Shown here: positions 18,709-28,385 of the stretch, in pieces | How the letters are laid out: each line of letters starts with the position of its first letter | How positions within the stretch are numbered: the first letter of the stretch is position 1 | Source: Methanobacteriota archaeon | GTDB lineage: Archaea > Halobacteriota > Bog-38 > Methanoflorentales > Methanoflorentaceae | Direction: 5' to 3' | Assembly: GCA_963720465.1 (NCBI GenBank) | Contig: OY970393.1 | Span: 2,112,001 to 2,176,000 of the forward strand | Length of the DNA: 64,000 nucleotides | The notes under the pieces: model-generated | Database searches by the model: none | The model's input: only the letters and a program-made list of their open reading frames with translations | What the model was told of the DNA's origin: nothing | Position numbers and translations under genes: made by a program

Positions 18709-20013
18709 ATGCGTATTGCCGTTTTTATTGGGACGCGAGCGGAGCTAATAGGAATGGCCTCTTTCCTCAAGGAGGTCGACAAGAACCCTGATACAGAACT
18801 CGTTTTCACTCATACCGGACAACATTTTGACCGCGAAATGTATGAGAACTTGCTTCAGGATTTGGGTCTTCGAGACCCAGATTATGGCCTGTCGCTTGGC
18901 AACATGAGCTACAACAAGCAGATCTCCGGCATGATCAATCAAATCGATGATATATTGGATAAAGCGCGGCCTGACTTTGTGTTTGTTCAAGGCAACGTAA
19001 TCTCATCTTTTAGTGCAGCAATTGCATCGTCGATGAATTTTATTCCTGTCGGCCATATTGAATCGGGCTATCGCTCACTACGGGACTTACACAGTGATGT
19101 TAGAAGGAAAGTCATCGAAATGTGCTCGACGCTGTTTTTTCCTGTATGCAACACTGCTTACCTAAACCTTCTTGAAGAGTGCTACGATCCTGATTGTGTC
19201 TACTACTTAGGTGATCCTCTCGTCGACGCACTTTTGGACTACAAGCCGACGGCGCAAAAGGCGGATTCTGTCAGTGCGTTCTGTGAAGACGAACGACCGA
19301 TTGTTTCTGTTGCGGTTAGGCTGCCGTGGAACATAGGAAGCCCAGAGGCGCTCGGCAGAATCACAAAAGCGGCGACTGGCCTTGATGAGTACAACGTTGT
19401 CATGCTCTTACACCCAAATACTAGGAGACATCTCGTCAAATTCGGCCTAATGGAAAAACTGCAATCGTGTGAGAACATCCATCTTATCGATCCATTGGCC
19501 TACACTGGCTTCATAAAACTGATGATGGACTCTCACGTGTTAGTCACTGATTCCGGAGGGCCTCAGAAAGAAAGCGCCATTTTGGAAACGCCGTGCATCA
19601 CGCTGTCCAATAGCACCTATTACATTGAGACCGTTGAAAATGGTTGGAATAGGGTACTAGGAAATAGCCCGCACCCGGATGTCTTGACTGAAGCCGTACG
19701 CGCTACGGCGCCGGGAAAGAAAATAAGCGACCCGCTTAACGACGGCAAATCATCACAGCGAATAATTTCCAAAGTCGTTGAGCTGTTCGAAGAAAGACGT
19801 CTCACGATTTCTCCGCAAGTGTCAAAAACGAGCTTCTATGCTCACCTAACGGTTTTTTCGGAAGGGTTCATGGGCATGCGCACACGCACCACGTCTCACG
19901 CTGACGGGACAGTTCAGGCGATGTTCGACCAAACGGGAGAAATCACGTTCGATCCGACGCAGGCTCAGATTGTGCGTACTTTCGGGCCGGTGCGAAACAC
20001 AAAAGAAATGTGA
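18709..20013 (+). CDS. UDP-GlcNAc 2-epimerase (WecB)-like protein with a degenerate active site
   Basis: GTRAE, HTGQH, HIESGYRS, TDSGGPQKE; several catalytic positions substituted; C-terminal extension. Confidence 0.8.
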   Translation: MRIAVFIGTRAELIGMASFLKEVDKNPDTELVFTHTGQHFDREMYENLLQDLGLRDPDYGLSLGNMSYNKQISGMINQIDDILDKARPDFVFVQGNVISSFSAAIASSMNFIPVGHIESGYRSLRDLHSDVRRKVIEMCSTLFFPVCNTAYLNLLEECYDPDCVYYLGDPLVDALLDYKPTAQKADSVSAFCEDERPIVSVAVRLPWNIGSPEALGRITKAATGLDEYNVVMLLHPNTRRHLVKFGLMEKLQSCENIHLIDPLAYTGFIKLMMDSHVLVTDSGGPQKESAILETPCITLSNSTYYIETVENGWNRVLGNSPHPDVLTEAVRATAPGKKISDPLNDGKSSQRIISKVVELFEERRLTISPQVSKTSFYAHLTVFSEGFMGMRTRTTSHADGTVQAMFDQTGEITFDPTQAQIVRTFGPVRNTKEM

Positions 20014-20028
20014 AAAGTAAGGTTATGG

Positions 20029-21030
20029 ATGATTGACAGCTATACCTTCTTTTTGCTTGTAGTCTCGGTTCTGCTTTCATTTGTAGTCACGTTTGTTGTG
20101 ACGCCGCCGCTTATCAAGAGAATGAAATCTGCGGGGGTGTTTGGCGTTGACGTTCACAAAGTTGAAAAGCCTGAGATTTCTGAAATGGGCGGCTTTGCTA
20201 TCTACGCAGGGTTCGCCACGTCCTTGATCTTCGCAGCTTTTTTGGGACTCAATTTAATGGTAATATTGGTTTCACTGCTTGTGGTAACCATATCAGCTAT
20301 GGTTGGGGCCTTGGATGACGTGATGCACCTTGGCGCCAAAGAAAAGCCGCTCCTCGGCTATTTCGCTGGCATTGCGCTCATATTGACTGCGGGGAGCGAC
20401 CCTTACCTTCTCGTGCCTTTGTTAGGAACGTTTTGGCTTGGACTCGCGTGGATCCCTATTGTGCCTTTTGCCGTCACAGCTGGGGCCAATGCAGTCAACA
20501 CCTTTGCTGGATTCAATGGGATGGAGATAGGTTGCGGCGCCATAGTGACGTTTGCATTAATAGTCGTTGGAATGGTGTTGATATCGCCGACTGGAGGCGT
20601 CGCGGGACTTTTGGTACTGGCGGCGCTATTAGGGTCTCTCTTAGGGTTTTTTCCGTATAATCGATATCCTGCCCGCATATTTACGGGCGATATAGGGACG
20701 CTCTGCATCGGTAGCGCTATCGCCGTTGGCGCCATAGCGCTAAAAATCGAATTATTTGCGGTCATCGCGGCTTTGCCTTATATCGTCAACTACGGCATGG
20801 TATTGCTCTCTGTTGGAAAGGTAACAGAGAGTCACTTGTTTACGGCCACGCAGGTAACGAATGACGGGTACTTGATCCCCTCAAAGTCGTATTCCGTTCG
20901 AAAGAACTTGTCCGATTACATCTTGAGCAGGAGATCGATGAAAGAACCGGCACTAGTGAAAACGCTTTGGACTTTGTGCATAATATCCGCCGCAATAAGC
21001 ATTTTGTTGGCGGTCTTGTCGACTCGTTGA
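20029..21030 (+). CDS. MraY/GPT (AglH-like) polyprenol-phosphate HexNAc-1-P transferase
   Basis: DVHK, EMGG, GALDD, NAVNTFAGFNGME, FTGDIGT; about 10 TM segments. Confidence 0.92.
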   Translation: MIDSYTFFLLVVSVLLSFVVTFVVTPPLIKRMKSAGVFGVDVHKVEKPEISEMGGFAIYAGFATSLIFAAFLGLNLMVILVSLLVVTISAMVGALDDVMHLGAKEKPLLGYFAGIALILTAGSDPYLLVPLLGTFWLGLAWIPIVPFAVTAGANAVNTFAGFNGMEIGCGAIVTFALIVVGMVLISPTGGVAGLLVLAALLGSLLGFFPYNRYPARIFTGDIGTLCIGSAIAVGAIALKIELFAVIAALPYIVNYGMVLLSVGKVTESHLFTATQVTNDGYLIPSKSYSVRKNLSDYILSRRSMKEPALVKTLWTLCIISAAISILLAVLSTR

Positions 21031-21129
21031 GGCGTATGGTTCACGGCGACAGACTGGAAAAATGGCAATGACTGCCTCCGGCAGAGCGTATAAGGGCCAA
21101 CAGCCTTGTGTGGCCGCAAGCATGAGACC

Positions 21130-21153
21130 GTCCGTGATCGTCTGGTCACGGAC
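21130..21153. terminator. Hairpin between convergent genes
   Basis: GTCCGTGATC-GTCT-GGTCACGGAC. Confidence 0.45.
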
Positions 21154-21205
21154 TCACGGAATTGGTTGTGGAAGTAGCTAGTGTGCCTAATCTAAGCCGC
21201 AGAGG

Positions 21206-23521
21206 TCACAGCAGCTGTTGTGAATTGATGCTAACTGCGTCGATCGGAGCTGTGTATCTCGCGTCGAGAGTCCCATTGGATGGGGGATCCATCCATAGAC
21301 TTACGTACAGGGTGCTTGTTGCCCCCACAGTGGGCAGAATCTTTAACGGGCTAGAGCTGCCGCTTGTTGTAAGATCGATCGGCACTGCCTTAGTCTCCCC
21401 GACATTTAACGTCACCGGCTTGTACTGGTCTAGCCAAGCCATGTGCAAGCTCAGCGGATCACTGGCGTAATTCGTTACATAAACAACTACTGAGTCGCCG
21501 TTCACTTCGACGTTGCTGATCGACGCGTATTGTGTAGGCGTTTGGGCGAGCGCGTTTTGGTTCATTTGGTAAATCACGACACCATTATTCTGGAATACTT
21601 CTGTCATAATCGTGGGATCTGGAACGAAGTTCGCCAATGGAAATCCCCAGACGCTGCTTGAGTAATTTGCTTTGATCGGATCGTAAACGAAGTAATCTAT
21701 CCCCATTTTTTTTGCTATGAGTAGCTTGGTGGCAGAATCTGTGGAGCCGTTCATGAAATTGGAGAGGTCCGTGAGCTGCGATAACTGATGGGTGACAACG
21801 TAAGAGTTTTCGGAGTCGGTTGATATTGCAGCTCGGGCACTGGTGAACGTGCTTATGTATTGCAAGAAAGTCGGATCTGACAATACTGTGTCGTTGGACG
21901 TTGTGTGTTGATTGAGCCATTGCAGTGCGCTCATTTCGTCAGGGGTGATTTTTGGTTCCTGTGCGTTTACGGCAAGGGCGCTGGCTGCGGCGATATGAAA
22001 TACCGGGGATAACACGGAGATAACCACGAAAGCGATGATAAGCATCGAGCGCATTGCCCGATTGTCTCGCCTCCGTCGCAAGCCTTGGACGCGCGGCTGC
22101 GGTTCATATGCGAGCCGAAAAACAAGGATTGCAGCAAGTATTGACAGCGGGAGCACGAGATAGAGTATCGACTGCACCCCGCCTTGATTTCGGAGAACGC
22201 CAGGTATGACGCGTTGAATAAGATAAGGCAAGTGCGGCGCAGCTACTCCCAAAACACCGATTAGCGCGGGTATCAATGCCACGAGGAGCCAGCTTGAAAC
22301 AAGCATGTTTCGCAGGTTTGTCTCAGCTCGATCCCAGAGGGTTGTTTTGTAAACCAGAATACTCAGAATTGGGATGAGACCAAGACTTGAAACCATGAAA
22401 GCTAGTGAGAACGCCGTCTGAGCCGAAAACACGAGGGAAACCGCAATTACTCCAGCCATCGCGACTAAAACCAAAATTATGATCAAATTAAGGGCATTTT
22501 TTGTCGTGTGGCCAATTACGGCAAACAGTCTGTCACGGCGTTTGTACGGTGACCTTTGATCTGTGCCCCCGCTAAAAAGCACGCCGACTGCTGCGAGCCC
22601 CAACATGCCTGCCGACAAAGTCAAGATCTCTGGAATGCTCCACGGTAAAGTTTGGTACTGGCTATACATGTACAGCCACCAAGGGGCGCTAATTATGACT
22701 GGTAGCAGGACCATTGCACTTATCTGCTTCAAATGCATCCGAGTGCCAAGATTAATCAGCACATAGAGTATGATGAAGATTGTGAAAATGTAATAAAACG
22801 TCGTGGTAGAAAGCCTGTGCGTAAAAATAAGCGTTGTCACGGTGAGAGCGCCCAGAAATGTGTATTTTGATCTCAGGATAGACTTACCTGCATCGTTCTT
22901 GATTGCAGCGTAGAGGTAATATGTCGCAAGCATCATCAATATCAGCCCGAAGCTTGACGCAACGATGTATTGCGGCCCTAAAATTGCCGGATTTGGGCTG
23001 AACGTTGCCGAAAAAAACGATGCCAGGGCGGCTATTCGGGTGTCGTCTGTGATTTTCTTTACTACAACAAAAGTGGTGAGAACGAAGGCTACCAAAATGA
23101 ACGCGGAAAACCCCTGCAGCAGAACGAGCAGTTCGGAATTCATGCTAATATTCACTCCACCGAGTATAGCGACTGCGCTAAATACGATCGGGAGGCCGGG
23201 TGGGTTAATGTTGTACCAGACGTCTCCAGGGGCGGCGTTTGGATCATTTGGGCTTAACGCATTGGTTTGTTGAACGGTTTTTGCTAAAGCGATGTTCGTC
23301 GCGGTGTCGTGATCAATCAAACCGGTGCCGCCGCTCCAGTATCCAGCGTAGCCTACGGTGATAAGCAGCAGCGCGAGGGTCGTGAGCAAGATACCTACCG
23401 ACACTTTCTTGCCCAGCTCTCTCGAACGCGTTCGCTCACCCTTGTGACTGTGCTGCGTCGATGGCGGCTGAGGTGATCCCAGTCTAGAATACCCTTGGTT
23501 CTGCTCGTATCGCTCTCGCAT
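21206..23521 (-). CDS. GT-C/STT3-like polytopic membrane glycosyltransferase with an external C-terminal domain
   Basis: DHD after TM1, NPPGL loop, many TM segments, EMSALQWL...TVLSD, IDYFVY, VFQNNGVVIY; no WWDYG motif. Confidence 0.7.
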   Translation of the reverse strand: MRERYEQNQGYSRLGSPQPPSTQHSHKGERTRSRELGKKVSVGILLTTLALLLITVGYAGYWSGGTGLIDHDTATNIALAKTVQQTNALSPNDPNAAPGDVWYNINPPGLPIVFSAVAILGGVNISMNSELLVLLQGFSAFILVAFVLTTFVVVKKITDDTRIAALASFFSATFSPNPAILGPQYIVASSFGLILMMLATYYLYAAIKNDAGKSILRSKYTFLGALTVTTLIFTHRLSTTTFYYIFTIFIILYVLINLGTRMHLKQISAMVLLPVIISAPWWLYMYSQYQTLPWSIPEILTLSAGMLGLAAVGVLFSGGTDQRSPYKRRDRLFAVIGHTTKNALNLIIILVLVAMAGVIAVSLVFSAQTAFSLAFMVSSLGLIPILSILVYKTTLWDRAETNLRNMLVSSWLLVALIPALIGVLGVAAPHLPYLIQRVIPGVLRNQGGVQSILYLVLPLSILAAILVFRLAYEPQPRVQGLRRRRDNRAMRSMLIIAFVVISVLSPVFHIAAASALAVNAQEPKITPDEMSALQWLNQHTTSNDTVLSDPTFLQYISTFTSARAAISTDSENSYVVTHQLSQLTDLSNFMNGSTDSATKLLIAKKMGIDYFVYDPIKANYSSSVWGFPLANFVPDPTIMTEVFQNNGVVIYQMNQNALAQTPTQYASISNVEVNGDSVVVYVTNYASDPLSLHMAWLDQYKPVTLNVGETKAVPIDLTTSGSSSPLKILPTVGATSTLYVSLWMDPPSNGTLDARYTAPIDAVSINSQQLL

Positions 23522-23649
23522 TAGACGTGGACTATCTCAAAACGTGTAATAATAAATCTCATTTATAGAATCGCATGTCCTAGTCACTTATAGTTTTTGG
23601 TCGCCGTTTTCCAGTCTCGCTAACCTTGAACCAGCTTAGAAGCACGGCA

Positions 23650-24805
23650 CCGTAGGTGATCTCATCCGAGACCGTTCTGGTAGCTATTGCGAGCATTTCT
23701 GCCTAGGATAGGGGTAAGCCTTACCATGGTCGAAAGGGATGCAACTGCGGCGAAAACTACTCCCGATCCAATAATTTTTGCGCCCTAGCACGCAGCGACC
23801 ATTTTGTCCCAGATTCCGTTATAGACAAAAAGCCCTGAACAAGCCGCCAGCACAAGCAACAATGGCCGAATCTCTTGAATCTTAAAAAGCGCAAGAGACC
23901 ACGTCATTTATTTAAGATAACAAAACCGGGCTAAACATATCAGAACCAGGAAGTAAGCTAGGTACCCTCAGCCCTGGGCCGCAAATCCCAGTCAAGAGAG
24001 CAAAAACGCGGGTACGATGCTATAGAAAGGACGGTTATCAGCGGCACAATCAGGAAAATACTCGAGCGATAATGTGCGTCAAATACCCCTACGGCGTAAG
24101 CAGTCGCTATGACGTTGAGGTAGAGCATGCAATCTGCTACGCTGCGACGGCGCGGACGCTGTCAACGCCCAAATAGACGGGGAGGGGAATAGTGATCTCA
24201 TTCTCTCTGTCAAAACGAGCGAGAACCCCAAGGACACTTTTTGAATAAGGATTAGAGAATCAAGTAAGGACCGACGCATATTCCGACTAAGCCAGGTGTC
24301 AAGTTGCGAAATAGGACTAGAAATATGAGTGCAACGCCTCAGTCAATGATGTTTGCGAAAACGACAGTCTGATCTTGTAGAGCGCCAGCTTGAAAGATTG
24401 TACAACGGCGTATATCGTAACCAAAAACGCTATTTTGCCGAAGATCCCTCGTACTGGGTCAAGCTGGCTGAGTAACTTGCTGGAGGATCTGAGGACGATT
24501 TCTGGCGAGAGATTGCAATCGAGAGAAAAAAGCAATATGAAGAGCATTGATCGGCACGTCGGCAATACGCGAGTTTCGTTCGGCAACGATCTTCACAACG
24601 CCTTCTCAATCCGAGGGTCATCACGGCGCTTAAGATCGTAGCTATGGCGGAATGGCGAGACAAGTTCAGCAAACCTGTACGCTGGGCACTATGCAACAAA
24701 AAGTTCTTCTGCCAGCGATATGAGTTTCGCCAGCGCATATCCGGTCCTCAAAACTGAGAGCCCTCACCAGAGCTTCGGATGAAGTGTAACAGCAACAATT
24801 TGCAT
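23650..24805 (-). pseudogene. Heavily decayed Wzx-type oligosaccharide flippase (boundaries approximate)
   Basis: Collinear fragments in different frames: GYALAKLISLAEELFVA*, AIATILSAVMTLGL, YAVGVFDA, SIFLIVPLITVLSIASYPRF. Confidence 0.65.
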
Positions 24806-24925
24806 GCTTTTTGAAAAAACCGACCCAAGTCTCGCGACGGGCTGGCCGTTATGGGTCAACTATTCAGCCGTTGCTAAATACACTTTTGTTGGCGCATCTA
24901 AAAGATTATTAACGTTTACTCTGCT

Positions 24926-26083
24926 ATGGTCAATCGGATGCCTCAAGAAAGGTGCAGAATCCTGTTTGTAACTTCTTTCGACGTTCGACTGATTGACAGC
25001 GTGAAGACAGACGGCAGCATGATTCGTCTGCTCAAAGATTTCTTGCTGAGATACGAGGATCTGTGCGATCTATTCCTGTTTACAGGAGACACAAGCAAAT
25101 TTGATTTGGCGCCCGCCATAGAACACGTTCCGTCGGCGGTGTTCGAGAAATTTGGTCTTTGGCACCTTTCATATGCTGTCTTAAGCACATTCAGAATCGC
25201 CAAGCGATTGAAAGGAAATGCGCTAGTCAGGGGGTTTTCTGCTGCGTGTCCCGGGGCAATAGTCGCAGCAAAGGCAAAAAAGAAGCCTTCACTCGTTTTT
25301 TATGAATATAACTGGTCGTATCAAGTTACGCACGTGAACAAAGGCAAAATCCTTGGGACAGTTGCAAGACTTATCGAGAACTATGTCATAAAAAACGCCG
25401 ATGTTTTAGTCACGCGAAACCAGTCTCTTGAAACAGAGCTTTGCGAACGAGGCGCTACAAGAGTGGTCATCATACCATTGACGTTCGATGAAGACATTTT
25501 CAGACCCGGCATTGATGTCACAGCGCTCAAAAAGACTTACCGCGTCCGAGACGAAAAGATACTCATGTATATTGGAAGACTGCATCCAGTCAAACGGCTT
25601 GACCTCCTTCTCAAGGCAGCTGCCCAGCTTCCTGAGCACTTCAAGCTCTTTATAGTCGGTTCTGGAGCTCTGGAAGATGAGCTCAAAGACATGACAAAAT
25701 CCCTTGGCATTGCGGACAAGGTGATTTTCACGGGCGCAGTGCAATATTCCGACGTGCCGAAATTCATGAATATGGCAGACTTGATCGTGCTGACCAGTTC
25801 AATGGAAGGGCAGCCGAGGGTTCTGATAGAGGCCATGTCTTGCGGGACGCCGGCGGTTGGAACGAACGTGTTCGGAATTAGAGATACTATAGATGATGGG
25901 GTGACAGGGTATCTCGCCTCCGACGATCCTGGTGACATCGCAAGAAAAATTTCCGAGGCTTTGGCAAACGATGCGTTTCCACAAATGTGCAGGTCAGTCG
26001 CACTTGAGAAATACTCGAACGAAGCCTGTGCGTTGAAAGAAAAGGCGCTATGCAAAGAGCTTTTGGCGCTCGACAGCTACTAA
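24926..26083 (+). CDS. GT4 family glycosyltransferase
   Basis: YIGRLHPVKRLD, EGQPRVLIEAMSCGTP (Ex7E). Confidence 0.92.
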   Translation: MVNRMPQERCRILFVTSFDVRLIDSVKTDGSMIRLLKDFLLRYEDLCDLFLFTGDTSKFDLAPAIEHVPSAVFEKFGLWHLSYAVLSTFRIAKRLKGNALVRGFSAACPGAIVAAKAKKKPSLVFYEYNWSYQVTHVNKGKILGTVARLIENYVIKNADVLVTRNQSLETELCERGATRVVIIPLTFDEDIFRPGIDVTALKKTYRVRDEKILMYIGRLHPVKRLDLLLKAAAQLPEHFKLFIVGSGALEDELKDMTKSLGIADKVIFTGAVQYSDVPKFMNMADLIVLTSSMEGQPRVLIEAMSCGTPAVGTNVFGIRDTIDDGVTGYLASDDPGDIARKISEALANDAFPQMCRSVALEKYSNEACALKEKALCKELLALDSY

Positions 26084-26454
26084 CTTTTGACATACTCTGC
26101 CTCGCTTGCTGGCGTAGTTCTCGCACTGTTTCGTTTTCTCAGAGTAAGCGCACTCTCAAAGTCAATTCACTGCCAAAACACGGTAATTCGCCTTAGAACC
26201 TTGATCAAAGCTTGATTTCAGCGAGGACTTGATCGTAGCTTGGAGAAGGACGTTAGGAGATGATGTCCGAGTGAGGGTGTCGAGCTTCGAATGGCCAGGA
26301 TATAACAGGCTGGAGCCCGAACGAAAGAAAACGTTAAGAACCTGCGCAAGGCGATGACAGATTGACCCCAGCATTCAGACGACACTCTCTGGGTGCCGTG
26401 GTAGGGTCTCTTGTCGGTAAGCACCGAGGATCGTCCGCTGTGAGCCGATATTCG

Positions 26455-27042
26455 CTACTGTGGGGGCTTCTGGATTTCGAGGACCTGCTCGTCTGGAAGT
26501 TCGATGTGCTGATCTAGTTCGTGCCCAAACATGTTGATCAAAACGGTTCTCAGCTCCTTTCGAGGAATGTTTCCGGTGTTTTTCAAGCGGCACTTCTCTA
26601 AGTACTCCTCGTAAGTGCAGATGAACCGTGCCGGATTGCCCGCATAGACACTGTTCGGCGGCACGTCTTTTGTGACCACAGATCCCGCCCCTACCACGCT
26701 ACTCGGACCGATTACTACGCCCGGCATTATAATTGCGTTGACGCCGATGAAAGAGTTATCCCGAATAATTATGGGACCGAACTTGCTGCCTTCGAAGTCC
26801 GCGTTCTGCTCGAGCACCCATTTGGCTCCGTCGTGAGTCATAAAGGTAACGCCGTATGTAACCTTGCAGTTATTTCCGATCGAAATCAAGTACGGTTCGG
26901 TGCTTAAATTGCAGTAGTAGAGTTGACAGTTGCTGCCTACGCGTACTCCTAATCTTCGTGCTAGGCGGACACGGGCTTTCCCCGTGCTTATCCTGAATAA
27001 AACGACGTTCAATCTGTAAGCGATTTTTTCTAGCCAGTTCAT
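26455..27042 (-). CDS. Hexapeptide-repeat sugar acyltransferase
   Basis: EPYLISIG, THDG, VGAGSVVTKDVP, AGNPAR. Confidence 0.9.
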   Translation of the reverse strand: MNWLEKIAYRLNVVLFRISTGKARVRLARRLGVRVGSNCQLYYCNLSTEPYLISIGNNCKVTYGVTFMTHDGAKWVLEQNADFEGSKFGPIIIRDNSFIGVNAIIMPGVVIGPSSVVGAGSVVTKDVPPNSVYAGNPARFICTYEEYLEKCRLKNTGNIPRKELRTVLINMFGHELDQHIELPDEQVLEIQKPPQ

Positions 27043-27227
27043 TTGACGATTGTTTGTTGATTTAGATACGTTCCTGCTTGCTGAACCGACAGCCGCACGT
27101 TACACAATCTATATTTTACCCAGCTCTTTAAGCTTGCGATCTTCGCTCAAACTCGCCGAGCAAAAGCGAGGTGATAGGCGGCAGGTTATTATTGTTAGGT
27201 TGATATATTGCACCACAACTTTGTGTT

Positions 27228-28277
27228 ATGTTCAAAGCTATTCCCGTAGAAAGAAGAAGTAGAGTTATTCATGATTTTCCCTACAGTGCCGAGAGCAGGC
27301 GATGTCCACACGCAGGTATCGTCAATATCACAAAGAGCGGGCACTGCGTTTTTGGTTGCGCATATTGCTATGCGAAGAGCTACCCTTGGTCTGCGAACGG
27401 ACGTTTCATTGAGGTGTACGAAAATACGCCCGAGCTGCTTGATAGTGAATTAAGAACGATTCGCACGTGTCCGCCTCTTTATTTTTGCGCCGTGACCGAT
27501 CCATTCCAACCGTTTGATCTCGTGTGGAAAACTTCCCTCGACGCAATGCGTATCGCCGCGAACCATGGCGTTTTTTTTACTATCGTCACTAAATCGGACC
27601 TCGCCTTGAAAGTCCTTGAAACTCGCTGGGCAGATTATGAAAGATTTCGCGTTTCCTTCACGTGTGAGAGTCTCAACCGTAACAAGCTCAGCGCGATCAG
27701 CAATGCCCCAGACATCTTTCGCAGGCTGAGAGCAATCGAAAGGCTTGTGAGTGCTGGCGTCAACGTCTCAGTGAGAGTTGATCCGATAATCTCTGGGTTG
27801 ACAGATGATTACGGTGAGTTGGACGAACTGTTTCAGACGTTGAGTTCGATGGACATTTGCCACGTTACCACGTCAACCGGCAGTTTCAATTCCCGGGCGT
27901 TTCGGAAATTGCTCGCTAGGATCGAGGAAGGGGGCTATGCGGAGTCAGCTGCGCTAATTCGAAGTCGCTATGTCTTTAATGGAAAAAAGTACACGCTAAA
28001 CCCGAAGGACCGACTGACGCTTTACACGTATCTCGCGTCGCTTTGCGATCATTACGACATGGGTCTCTCTCTTTGCCAAGAACCGCTTAATCTCATACCT
28101 GGTGACGCCACACGATGCCGCACTCTTGGAGAGTTGGCTATGCGAGATCGATCGGGGCGGTTCATTCCAGTTTGCGGTTCTGACTGCTTAAACGCTTGTC
28201 CAAACGCGGAATATCCGCCTTGCAAGAACGAGAAGCTTCGCACGGAATATCCCTTCAAATGGCGGACGCTTAGATAG
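27228..28277 (+). CDS. Radical SAM protein, SPL-like (COG1533-type), with a Cys-rich tail
   Basis: CVFGCAYCYA, TDPFQP, IVTKSD, RVDPII; tail CGSDCLNACPNAEYPPC. Confidence 0.85.
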   Translation: MFKAIPVERRSRVIHDFPYSAESRRCPHAGIVNITKSGHCVFGCAYCYAKSYPWSANGRFIEVYENTPELLDSELRTIRTCPPLYFCAVTDPFQPFDLVWKTSLDAMRIAANHGVFFTIVTKSDLALKVLETRWADYERFRVSFTCESLNRNKLSAISNAPDIFRRLRAIERLVSAGVNVSVRVDPIISGLTDDYGELDELFQTLSSMDICHVTTSTGSFNSRAFRKLLARIEEGGYAESAALIRSRYVFNGKKYTLNPKDRLTLYTYLASLCDHYDMGLSLCQEPLNLIPGDATRCRTLGELAMRDRSGRFIPVCGSDCLNACPNAEYPPCKNEKLRTEYPFKWRTLR

Positions 28278-28385
28278 GGTCGTTCGTTTGACGCCGTTGC
28301 TGTGCTATTTTATGCGCCGGCTGATTAACGATGCTTTTAAGTATAAGCCGTACGGAATAAAACCTGAGACTTTTTCGCTTGTGAT

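Noticed and set aside
24926-26083. GT4 as the BshA of a complete bacillithiol pathway
   Set aside because: Lacks the BshA N-terminal CYP..GGSG signature and is not co-transcribed with the BshC-like pair
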